Shown here in pieces: positions 1 through 8,756 of a stretch of 64,000 nucleotides of DNA; the stretch's first letter is position 1; every line of letters starts with the position of its first letter. The stretch is from Myxococcota bacterium (lineage in GTDB: Bacteria > Myxococcota_A > UBA9160 > UBA4427). The translations under genes and the position numbers were made by a program. The stretch spans positions 5,568,001 through 5,632,000 of the forward strand of contig OZ252299.1 of assembly GCA_965250285.1 (NCBI GenBank), written 5' to 3'. The notes below the pieces were generated by a model, which was not told the origin of the DNA, searched no databases, and saw only the letters and a list, made by a program, of their open reading frames with translations.

Positions 1-46
1 AGCATGCTGCCGCGCACCCTAGCTCATCGGTGTCGGCGTTCGGTGC

Positions 47-1261
47 TCAGGGCCGAGAGATCTGGCGGCGCTTCAGCTTGCCGCCTTCGTAGAGCGACAC
101 CACGTCGGGCGCGCCGTCGCCGTCTTCGTCCTCTTCGCGCCGCGCGATGACCGACTCGCCCGAGTCGACCTCGAACACCTCGACGGTGTCGGGCACGCCG
201 TCGCCCTTGCGGTCGCGCTCCTTGCGCCCGACGCGCTCGGCGCCCGTCTCGGCATCGACGACCCAGGTCGTCCACGTATCCATGCGGCCGTCGCGGTCGA
301 GATCTTCTTCGGAGCGGTCGCGCCGCCCTTCGCGGTAGTGGATCACGAGGTCGATCTCGCCGTCGTTGTTGGCGTCGTGCCGCTCTTCGGCGAGCTCGTC
401 TCCTTCGTAGCGGTAGAACACGTCGCGCACGCCGTCGTCGTCGCGGTCGCGTTCGCGGCGCGTGGCGCGGCCGTTCTCGAAGTGATCCCAGGTGTCGGGG
501 CGGCCATCGCCGTTCTGATCGAGGCGGCGGCGTTCGATCACGCCATCGCGGTAGACGTGCCAGCTGTCGACCTGGCCGTCGTAGTCGACGTCGGCCTCCT
601 GGCCGAGCACGCGGCCCGTCTCGCGGTCGATCCAGCGCACGAGCTCGGGCTGGCCGTCGCCATCGGCGTCGAGCACCTGTCGGATCGCGTCGTAGGGCGC
701 ATGCTCGCCCCAGGTGTTTGCGGGCACGGTCACGCGCTCGGTGTCGAAGATCTCGTCGGGCAGCTCGCGGTCGACCGGGGCCGGGGGGGCGATGCGCGGG
801 TCGAGGAAGGCCTCGGCCATGGGGTCGTCGGCGGGCATCAAGAGCTGGTCGGGCGCTTCGCCGCGCCCGGTCGCCTGGTAGAGCAGGGCGCTCTGCGCGG
901 CCATCTCCTCGGCGATCTGCGCGCCGTAGGTCTGTTGGGCCCGTCGGATCTCGTCGGCCTGCTTCTGTTCGACGGCGCGCAGCTGCGCCTCCTGCTCGGC
1001 GCGCCTCGATGTACGCGCGGCTCGGCGCTGGGCCTCGAGCTCGGCCTGCAGGCGCTGTTGCTCCTCGAGCTCGCGGGCGATCGCCTCGTCAGCCGTCTCG
1101 GCGGCGGCCGTGACGGGCATGCACAGCAGCGCGAGCGTCAGGGCGAGCACCGAGCCGACGGCCGAGCCGCCGCCGCGCGGGGGCACGCGTCGGAAGCCGC
1201 GGCCCGGCCGGCGCCGGGCACACCCGAAGGCGCCAGCGTTGCGTGATTCGAAGCGGGGCAC
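47..1261 (-). CDS. Secreted protein with about 8 Dx[DN]xDG calcium-binding-like repeats
   Basis: Hydrophobic signal-like segment VLALTLALLCMPVTAAA, a coiled-coil region, then repeats DADGDG, DVDYDG, DQNGDG, DRDDDG, DANNDG, DLDRDG, DRKGDG, DEDGDG. The start (GTG 1261) is uncertain. Confidence 0.75.
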   Translation of the reverse strand: MPRFESRNAGAFGCARRRPGRGFRRVPPRGGGSAVGSVLALTLALLCMPVTAAAETADEAIARELEEQQRLQAELEAQRRAARTSRRAEQEAQLRAVEQKQADEIRRAQQTYGAQIAEEMAAQSALLYQATGRGEAPDQLLMPADDPMAEAFLDPRIAPPAPVDRELPDEIFDTERVTVPANTWGEHAPYDAIRQVLDADGDGQPELVRWIDRETGRVLGQEADVDYDGQVDSWHVYRDGVIERRRLDQNGDGRPDTWDHFENGRATRRERDRDDDGVRDVFYRYEGDELAEERHDANNDGEIDLVIHYREGRRDRSEEDLDRDGRMDTWTTWVVDAETGAERVGRKERDRKGDGVPDTVEVFEVDSGESVIARREEDEDGDGAPDVVSLYEGGKLKRRQISRP

Positions 1262-1571
1262 TCGATCTTCCGATGGCGTGGGGGGCGCGAGCCCCGAAGA
1301 TGTCGAATCCAGCCGAGACTTCCAGGCCACGTCGGCATGGCGCGCCGCGGCAAGGCGGCAGGGGCACTGACTTTGGGGCACCGCGGTGTTCGGATGCGTT
1401 CCAGGCCGCACTTGGCGACCGTCTTGTCCAGATTGGGGCCTCCGCGAGGCGTTCGAGCCACGAAATGCTGAAGTCGAGGCCCCGACCGCGCCGAAAAGGA
1501 ACTAGCCCCCCGGCATCCCCCCCAGCTATCCTGACGCAGCGCGGCGTACGCTGCGTAGGCGAGGAGATCGG

Positions 1572-2912
1572 TTGGGACTCACGCTGATCCGAAAGAGCAA
1601 GGGCGACCGCCCCCGCACGGGCGGACGCGTGGCGCTGGTGCTGGCCGGCGGCGCGGTGTCGGGCGGTGCGTTCAAGGTCGGCGGGCTCAAGGCGCTCGAC
1701 GACTTCTTCGTCGGCCGCGGGGTCTGCGACCTCGACGTGTACGTCGGCCTCTCGGCGGGCGGCCTCATCGCTGCGCCGCTCGCGGGCGGCATCGCGCCCG
1801 ACGAGATGATTCGCGTGCTCGAAGGCACGAGCACTCGCTTCGACCAGCTTCGACCGATCGACTTCTACGGTCTCAACGTGCGCGAGTTCACGACGCGCCC
1901 GCTCAAGTTCGTCTACGACGCCCTCAGCTACGTGCCCGGCGTGACCTTCGACTTCGTCCGCAGCCTGCCGCATCTGCCCGACAGCATCGGGGTGGCCGCG
2001 CGCCGGCTCTGGTCGGAGCCGAACTACACGCATCTCGAGGCGCTCATGCTGCGCGTGCTCGAGGTCACCCAGCCCAGGCGCGAGGTGCCGGCGCTCACGA
2101 ACCACATCCCGAGCGGCCTGTTCGACAACTCGGGGCTCGAGCGCTGGATGCGCCGAAGCCTCGAGCGCATCGACATCCCCAACGACTTCAGCTCGTTCAG
2201 GCGGCGCAGCGGCAAGGATCTCTATCTCTGCGCCGCGAACCTCGATACCGCCGAGCGCGTCGTGTTCGGCCACGACGAGGACACGAGCGCCACGATCTCG
2301 CAGGCGATGCAGGCCTCGACCGCGATGCCGATCTTCTACAAGCCGCCGCGCATCAACGGCATCGACTACATCGACGGCGGGGTCAAGCACACGGCGAACA
2401 TCGACGTCGCGATCGACAAGGGCGCCGATCTGATCATCTGTTACAACCCGTTCCGCCCGTTCATCAATCATCCCGATGATCCGAACGGGAGCGGCAGCTA
2501 CTTCGCCGATGGCAAGTACCTGGCCGATCGCGGCCTCAAGGTGGTCGCCAATCAGGCGTTGCGCATGATGCTGCACTCGCGGCTCAAGCTCGGCATCCAG
2601 CGCTACCTGGCCGACGACCGCTTCGAGGGCGACATCGTGCTGCTCGAGCCGCAGGAGCACGATGCCAACTTCTTTGCGGTGAACCCGTTGGCCTTCTGGA
2701 AGCGGGCCGAGGCCGTGCAGCACGGCTTCGAGTCGGTGCGCAACACGATCCTGCAGAACTACGAAGAGCTGACCGAGGTGTTCGCGCGCTACGGGCTCGA
2801 GATGAGTCCCGATGCGGCCGCACGCAAGGCCGAAGAGATTCGCGAGCACCAGGGCTGGCTCGGCGTCGACGAAGAAGAGCCCCCGCCGCTGCGCCTCGTT
2901 CGACAAGCTTGA
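1572..2912 (+). CDS. Patatin-like phospholipase family protein
   Basis: LVLAGGAVSGG glycine-rich motif, GLSAG nucleophile elbow, YIDGG catalytic Asp. GAGGAG SD before a TTG start. Confidence 0.92.
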   Translation: MGLTLIRKSKGDRPRTGGRVALVLAGGAVSGGAFKVGGLKALDDFFVGRGVCDLDVYVGLSAGGLIAAPLAGGIAPDEMIRVLEGTSTRFDQLRPIDFYGLNVREFTTRPLKFVYDALSYVPGVTFDFVRSLPHLPDSIGVAARRLWSEPNYTHLEALMLRVLEVTQPRREVPALTNHIPSGLFDNSGLERWMRRSLERIDIPNDFSSFRRRSGKDLYLCAANLDTAERVVFGHDEDTSATISQAMQASTAMPIFYKPPRINGIDYIDGGVKHTANIDVAIDKGADLIICYNPFRPFINHPDDPNGSGSYFADGKYLADRGLKVVANQALRMMLHSRLKLGIQRYLADDRFEGDIVLLEPQEHDANFFAVNPLAFWKRAEAVQHGFESVRNTILQNYEELTEVFARYGLEMSPDAAARKAEEIREHQGWLGVDEEEPPPLRLVRQA

Positions 2913-2996
2913 TTGAGACGATTGCAGCCTGAATCGGGCGCTCGCCGGGTCGGTCGAGCCGATGCCCGAGCGTGTTTCGGGTTCCGGCCGATTGCG

Positions 2997-3024
2997 TTGC
3001 AATCCGGTGAAGAAGCGCTAAATT
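2997..3024 (+). promoter_or_regulatory. Putative sigma70-like promoter upstream of the NRDE gene
   Basis: TTGCAA-N16-TAAATT in an AT-enriched patch, overlapping the palindrome GATTGC-GTT-GCAATC (2990-3004). Confidence 0.35.
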
Positions 3025-3339
3025 CCCGCTCCCATTGAATGGGCGAGTTCTGCCCGCACTCCGATCCTCTCGTATTTCGATTCCCGGGGCCGCCCGCGGC
3101 CGCAGCGTTCACCTGCGGCGAGCTGAGAAGCGGCGAGCCCAGCGGATCGGGCGCGCGCGGACCGCGAGTGCGGCCCGGCGGGGCACCGGCAGCGACTCGA
3201 GCGATTGGAGCGACGCGACGGGCGCGGTGATGAGGCTCATGAGCCCCGTCCACGGCCGGCCGCGCCGAGCGGATGGATGAGCCGAGCGGGTTGGGCGGCC
3301 GAGTCGCTGAGCCGTCGACGGAGGCGGGGTGAACGACGG

Positions 3340-4227
3340 ATGTGCACCCTGATCGCCATTCATCGTCGCGTTCCGGGTCGCCCCCTGGTGATCGCGGCCA
3401 ACCGCGACGAATACCTCGATCGACCGGCCGAAGGGCCGGCGGTGCGAGCGACGCGGGTGGGGCGGGTGTTGGCGCCGCTGGATCTGCAGGCCGGCGGCAC
3501 CTGGCTGGGGCTGAACGAGCAAGGGGTTTTTGCAGCGCTGACGAATCTGCCGACCGCCGACCTCGATCCGCAGCGTGTTTCGCGCGGCGAGGTGGTGCTC
3601 GACGCGTTGGCGGCGGGGACGGCCGAGGCGGCGGCGCAGCGGCTCGAGGGGTTGCCGACGGGGGCGTACAACCCGTTCAACCTGTTCGTCGCCGATGCCG
3701 AGACCGCGCACGTGATCGCGTATCGCGATCGGCCTGAGGCGCGGCAGCTGGACGCCGGGGTGCATGTCATCGGCAACGTCGAGGCGACGGGGCCGGGCAA
3801 CGAGAAGGTGAATCGAATTCGCGGCGAGGTCGAAACGGCCCTCGCCGTTGGAGAGGAAGGTCTGCTCGACCGGCTGGCCGAGATCTGCCGGCAACACGGC
3901 GATCATGAGTCGGGCGAGACAGAGCGGGCCTCGAACGCTGCGCATGCGGTCGATGCGCAGGAGGCAGGCAAGGGAGAGGCAACAGGAGTCGGGTCGATCG
4001 AGAATCGAAGGCGTCTTGGCGACACGTGCGTGCACGTCGAGGGCACGTACGGAACGCGAAGCTCACTGATTCTCGAGCTCGACGCGGGCTCCCTGGCGGG
4101 GCGGCTCCTGCACGCAGCAGAGTCGCCGTGTCGGGCGCCCTACGAAGACGTTTCTTCTCTGCTGGCAGAGCTCGGGCGGCGGCCCGAAGCGAAGTCGGCG
4201 GAGGCACTCATGAGGACAGCGAGTTGA
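3340..4227 (+). CDS. NRDE family (TANGO2-like) protein
   Basis: N-terminus MCTL...IAANRDE, then D-x-x-AGGTWLG, ALTN, SRG, YNPFNL and YGTRSS motifs. Confidence 0.92.
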   Translation: MCTLIAIHRRVPGRPLVIAANRDEYLDRPAEGPAVRATRVGRVLAPLDLQAGGTWLGLNEQGVFAALTNLPTADLDPQRVSRGEVVLDALAAGTAEAAAQRLEGLPTGAYNPFNLFVADAETAHVIAYRDRPEARQLDAGVHVIGNVEATGPGNEKVNRIRGEVETALAVGEEGLLDRLAEICRQHGDHESGETERASNAAHAVDAQEAGKGEATGVGSIENRRRLGDTCVHVEGTYGTRSSLILELDAGSLAGRLLHAAESPCRAPYEDVSSLLAELGRRPEAKSAEALMRTAS

Positions 4228-4280
4228 GAAGAATCGGCAGCAACATCCGGAAGAAGAACTCCGACGAGCGTTCGCATCGG

Positions 4281-4550
4281 ATGACGCAGAACATCATCGT
4301 GTATTCGGAGACCGAGTCGCCGAAGAACGACTACCCGCGCAAGATCGTCTCGCCGCCGCGACCCTCCTCGTGCTGCACCGAGGAGAACCGCATCAGCGTC
4401 GGCAGTGTGCGCGAGGTCGAGGGCTTCAAGTTCTGTTACAAGGTCTGCAACGAGTGCGGCCACGCCGTGAAGTACTTCTTTCCGGCGGTCGAGTCGACGA
4501 GCCAGGCCGTGAAGCGCTACCGCGAGAGCCAGCGCTACCTGGTCAGCTAG
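4281..4550 (+). CDS. Small Cys-rich hypothetical protein (possible metal-binding)
   Basis: 89 aa with strong GC3 codon bias, SCC and CYKVCNECGH, followed by a terminator. An alternative TTG start at 4224 overlaps the upstream stop. Confidence 0.75.
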   Translation: MTQNIIVYSETESPKNDYPRKIVSPPRPSSCCTEENRISVGSVREVEGFKFCYKVCNECGHAVKYFFPAVESTSQAVKRYRESQRYLVS

Positions 4551-4574
4551 TCTCCAGCCCACTCGAGGGTTTCG

Positions 4575-4607
4575 AAGAGGCGGCCTTCGGGCCGCCTCTT
4601 TTCGTTT
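4575..4607 (+). terminator. Intrinsic terminator
   Basis: AAGAGGCGGCC-TTCG-GGCCGCCTCTT, a perfect 11-bp stem with a cUUCGg loop, followed by TTCGTTT. Confidence 0.8.
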
Positions 4608-4685
4608 CGTGGCCCGGCTCGAGCCTCTGCGTGGGCTCCGCCGAAGGTCGCCCGCCCCCAGGACGCGCCCGGAGACGCGCTGATC

Positions 4686-6080
4686 ATGTCGAACTCGACC
4701 CCAGAGCAGAGTCGCATCGAGACGCTCGAAGAGGCCGCGGCCTGGCTCGAGGGTCTGATCAATGTCGAGCGGGCGCCCGACATCCCGTATCGGCGCCTCG
4801 GGCTCGGTCCGATCGAAGCCCTGCTCGGGCGACTGGATCGCCCCGACCGCGCGGCGCCGATCGTTCACGTCGCGGGCTCGAAGGGCAAGGGCTCGGTGTG
4901 TCTGCTGGTCGAGGCGCTGCTCGGTGAGCTGGGCGAGCGGGTCGGCACGTTCACCTCTCCGCATCTCACGAGCTGGACCGAGCGCTTTCGTGTGGGCGGC
5001 GTCGACGTCGACGGCGCGGCCCTGGCCCGCGCGGTCGACCGTGTGCGGCCCGCCGTCGAAGCGCTGCGCGACGACGTCGAGACCGCGCCCACCTTCTTCG
5101 ATGCGACGACCGCCGCGGCGCTCGTCGTATTCGAAGACGCCGCCGTCGATCGCATCGTGCTCGAGGTCGGTCTGGGCGGACGCCTCGACTCGACGAATGC
5201 GGTGACGCCGGTGGTCTGCGCGATCACGTCGATCGAGCTCGAGCACACCGACCGACTCGGCGACACCCACGCGGCCATCGCAGGCGAGAAGGCGGGCATC
5301 TTGAAGCCGGGTGTGCCCGGCGTGGTCGGCGCGCTCTCGGACGAGGCCCTCGACGTGGTGCGGGCCCGGGGCGCAGAGGTCGGTGCGCCGTTGCTGCTTC
5401 ACGACGTCGACTGGTGGGTCGATGTGCTCGCAGGGGACGACGGCGCGGGGGTGGGGCGAAGGCGACTCGAGCTGCGTCTCGGCGACGGGGCGCGGGTGCC
5501 GTTCGAGCTCGGCGTGCCGGGCCGACACCAGGAGCACAATGCCGGCCTCGCGCTCGCGTGCGTCCGGCGCCTTCTCGCCGACGAAGGGCGGCCGCTCGAC
5601 GACGCGGCGCTGGGCCAGGCTGCGAGCCGCGCGTGGCGCGGTCTCGCGTTGCCGGGCCGCCTCGAGTGCGTCGGCACCTCACCGCTGCGCATCGTCGATG
5701 CGGCGCACACGGCCGCCTCGGCGAGCGAGCTCGCGCGCCACCTCGATGCGCTCGCGGGCGAGGGCGAGGGCAATCCGAAGGGGCTGCTCGTGCTGTCCGT
5801 GTCGGCCGACAAGGACATGGACGCCGTGCTTGCGCCGCTGCTCGGCCGGGCGCGCATGGCGTGGGCGACGCTGGCCGAGCCCATTCGGTCGTGTCCGCCC
5901 GCCGAGCTCGCCAAGCGGATGAGCGAGCTCGCGCCGGGGCTCGTCGTACACGTCGAGCCCGACGTCGAGGCCGCGTGCGCGCGCGCGCTCGAAGAGGCCT
6001 CGCCCGAGGACATCGTCTGCGCCGCCGGCTCGGTCTATCTGGCGGGCGCCGCGCGGGTGGCGTTCTCGAAGCTCGGCTGA
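4686..6080 (+). CDS. folC: Bifunctional folylpolyglutamate/dihydrofolate synthase
   Basis: HVAGSKGKGS P-loop, FTSPHL, EVGLGGRLDSTN, EKAGI, PGRLE, DAAHT, GSVYLAG. Confidence 0.93.
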   Translation: MSNSTPEQSRIETLEEAAAWLEGLINVERAPDIPYRRLGLGPIEALLGRLDRPDRAAPIVHVAGSKGKGSVCLLVEALLGELGERVGTFTSPHLTSWTERFRVGGVDVDGAALARAVDRVRPAVEALRDDVETAPTFFDATTAAALVVFEDAAVDRIVLEVGLGGRLDSTNAVTPVVCAITSIELEHTDRLGDTHAAIAGEKAGILKPGVPGVVGALSDEALDVVRARGAEVGAPLLLHDVDWWVDVLAGDDGAGVGRRRLELRLGDGARVPFELGVPGRHQEHNAGLALACVRRLLADEGRPLDDAALGQAASRAWRGLALPGRLECVGTSPLRIVDAAHTAASASELARHLDALAGEGEGNPKGLLVLSVSADKDMDAVLAPLLGRARMAWATLAEPIRSCPPAELAKRMSELAPGLVVHVEPDVEAACARALEEASPEDIVCAAGSVYLAGAARVAFSKLG

Positions 6081-6097
6081 AGCGCGCGGTTCGTCGT

Positions 6098-8107
6098 TTA
6101 GTCGCCGCGCATCGCACGGAGCGCCGCGAGCACCCGTTTCGGCGTGAGCAGGGCGCGCTCGCCGACGCGGCCCGGCTGGTTGCGCTCGAGCCGCCGGGCG
6201 ATGCGGCGCAGCGACGCCGCCGATCGGCGGATGCGACCGAGCACGTCGTCGACGTTCGAGCGCAGGCTGCGCTGCATCCACAACTGCTCGAGCTCGTCGC
6301 CGAGCGCGGCCTGCTCGGCGGCCAGGGTCTCGAAGCGGCGGGCGAGGCGGCGACGCGCTGCGGCCGAGAGGCTCGTCTCGCCGCGGCGCCAGGCCAGTGC
6401 TTCGAGCCCGGTCTCGGCCTTCTCGCAAGCGAGTCGGGAGGCGCGTGCCGCCCAGCTCATCTCATGGAGGGTGAGCGGATCGCAGACGCCCTGGTCGGCG
6501 AGCCGGTCGATGCGATCGATCGCGCGCTCGAGCCGCTGCCTCGCCGTGCGCAGCTTCGCCGGCTTGCAGTGATCGACGAAGAGCGGGGCGTCGAGCGGCT
6601 CGAAGAAGACGGCCTGCACTCCCGAGCCGTTGAAGAACGGGAACCCGAGGTCGTGCACCTGGCCGAGTGCGCGAATGACGCGCGCGACCTCGCCGCGTGC
6701 TTCGCCGAAGCGCAGCCGTGAGAACGCCCGATCGAACGTGCGTGGGTCGCAGGCGCCCGACCATGATTGCTGTGCGCCCCACGCGTAGCCGAAGAACGAG
6801 AGCCCCTGCAGGTTGTAGTGCCCGAAGTCGCCCCAGTCGGTGTTGAGCAGACCGATCGCGCCGTGTCGTCGACCGGCGTCGGCCCAGCGCTCGATGTTGC
6901 GCTCGGCGTTCTCGATGCGCGGGAAGAGGCAGTTCCACGAAGACGTGCCGGGGCACACCATGAAGTCGCGGTGGTGCTTCGCGAACACCTGCACGCGATC
7001 GAAGTCGAAGTCGGCCTCGTACCACCAGTCGAGGAAGACGAGGTCTTCGTCGAGCTCGGCCACGCGCGCCGGATGGGCGTGCACCACATCGGCCCAGATC
7101 ATCGTGCGCTTGCCGTGCTCGGCCGCGAGGCCCTGCACGCGGTGCACGTGGTCGACGAACACGCCTCCGGCGCCACGCTGCGCCTCGCGGGCGGCCGAGC
7201 GGCCGCGGGGGAGATCGAAGGGCTCGTCGCAATTCGCGTTGAAGAGCGGCGACCGGAAGTTCGGCAGGAACTCGTCGTAGAGCTCGCCGAGCAGCCTTGG
7301 CGTGCCCGGATGCTCGGGCGCGATGGTCCAGCCCGCTTCGGTCTCGGCCAGGGCGGCGTACTCGGGCAGCTTCAGCACGTGCTCCATGTGACCGAGCGAC
7401 TGCAGGCTCGGCACGAGCTCGACGTGCTGGGCGTGGGCATACGCATCGAGCGTGCGCAGCTCTTCGGCGAGCAGCGGGCTGTCGTCTTCACCGATGCGCG
7501 GATGCCGACGAAATCGGAACGTGTGCTCGACGTAGAGCATGAGCACGTTCAGCTTGAGGGCGGCGCACAGATCGACCAGCTCGCAGAGCGTGTCGAGGGT
7601 CGGCACCTTGCCGCGCGACACGTCGAGCATGACGCCGCGGCGCTCGAAGTCGGGGGCGTCGTCGATGCGTCCGTGTGGCAGGCGTCCACGCGCGTCGACG
7701 AGCTGAATGAGCGTCTCACACGCCCAGCGCAGGCCGGCGCTGCCCGCGGCCTCGACGCGCACGCCGCGCGGCCCGATGTCGATGCGATGGGCATCGCCCG
7801 AGATGCCTTGGGCCGCGCCGCGCGTGAGCTCGATGCACGGGCCGAGCCCCCCGGTGTGGGCGTGGCTCTCGATCACCAGCGCGCGCCCGCTACGTTCGGC
7901 GAGCTGATCGCAGAGGCGGCGTGCCGTGACGAGGTCGCGGTCGCTGCTGCCCGGCGCGAGCACGATCGGCAGGTCGTCGGCGAGCGCGAAGTGTCCCGCG
8001 CGCAGGCGGTGCTTGCGGGGCGCCGGCACCACGGGCGGCGGCGACGCGGCGCGCTTCGCGTTCGATGTGCCTCGGGTCGGGGATGCGCTTCGCGAGCGGG
8101 CCGGCAT
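6098..8107 (-). CDS. Glycoside hydrolase family 20 (beta-N-acetylhexosaminidase-like)
   Basis: GH20b N-domain, DAPDFERRGVMLDVSRG, LYVEHTF, QSLGH, NCDEP catalytic DE, TDWGD. Start uncertain. Confidence 0.88.
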   Translation of the reverse strand: MPARSRSASPTRGTSNAKRAASPPPVVPAPRKHRLRAGHFALADDLPIVLAPGSSDRDLVTARRLCDQLAERSGRALVIESHAHTGGLGPCIELTRGAAQGISGDAHRIDIGPRGVRVEAAGSAGLRWACETLIQLVDARGRLPHGRIDDAPDFERRGVMLDVSRGKVPTLDTLCELVDLCAALKLNVLMLYVEHTFRFRRHPRIGEDDSPLLAEELRTLDAYAHAQHVELVPSLQSLGHMEHVLKLPEYAALAETEAGWTIAPEHPGTPRLLGELYDEFLPNFRSPLFNANCDEPFDLPRGRSAAREAQRGAGGVFVDHVHRVQGLAAEHGKRTMIWADVVHAHPARVAELDEDLVFLDWWYEADFDFDRVQVFAKHHRDFMVCPGTSSWNCLFPRIENAERNIERWADAGRRHGAIGLLNTDWGDFGHYNLQGLSFFGYAWGAQQSWSGACDPRTFDRAFSRLRFGEARGEVARVIRALGQVHDLGFPFFNGSGVQAVFFEPLDAPLFVDHCKPAKLRTARQRLERAIDRIDRLADQGVCDPLTLHEMSWAARASRLACEKAETGLEALAWRRGETSLSAAARRRLARRFETLAAEQAALGDELEQLWMQRSLRSNVDDVLGRIRRSAASLRRIARRLERNQPGRVGERALLTPKRVLAALRAMRGD

Positions 8108-8554
8108 GGCGGCCGAGCATACATCGCGGCTCGTCTCGGTTCGCTCGAAGCGCCTTCGGCCGCCGCTTCGGCGGCTGGACATGAAAGCGCCCGGACCGGC
8201 TCCTCGCACAGAGTGCGAAGGGAGGGGTAGCCAGCCCGGGCGCCACATCCCTGGGTGCACGAGGTCCGCTCCTCGCCAACGACGTGCACAAGGTGCGTGC
8301 TGCACCTGACGCTCGCCTTTCCCCTAGAGCAAGGCGCGTGCCATCCCCCACGCTTTCGACGCAATCGGTGAGACCGGGCTCACGAGCCCGAGGCGAGGTG
8401 CGCTGCATGCGTGTTGCCGGTCGAAGCCGGCGTCCCCCCGTTTGGGTGACGCAAATTGTGTCTGCACGTACGGCAGCCGGGACCGACCTGCGCGTCGGTG
8501 GAAGGGCGCTGCACATCGGGCATCGCATCGCGGCCCGCGACCCGGCGCGGCGGC

Positions 8555-8705
8555 GTTCGTCCCATCGAGTCGCGGTGGGCGAGGGCGCAGGTCCCTCAGC
8601 CTCTGCAATCCTGCGCGCATCGCTGCGGCGAGGTTCGCTCCATCGAATCGCGGTGGGCGAGGGCGCAGGCCCTTCGGCCCCTGTGACTTCGCGCGCATCG
8701 CTGCG
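8555..8705. repeat. Imperfect direct repeat, two 73-nt copies at a 78-bp period, intergenic
   Basis: Copies at 8555-8627 and 8633-8705 share ccatcga-tcgcggtgggcgagggcgcagg and gcgcgcatcgctgcg. Confidence 0.85.
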
Positions 8706-8756
8706 CTGCGTGAACCCGTCGCGGCGGCGCGAACCCGGCCGGGTACGCTTCGCGGC

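Noticed and set aside
8555..8705. CRISPR mini-array or tRNA pair
   Set aside because: The copies align end to end with no spacer, and there is no cloverleaf or CCA end.
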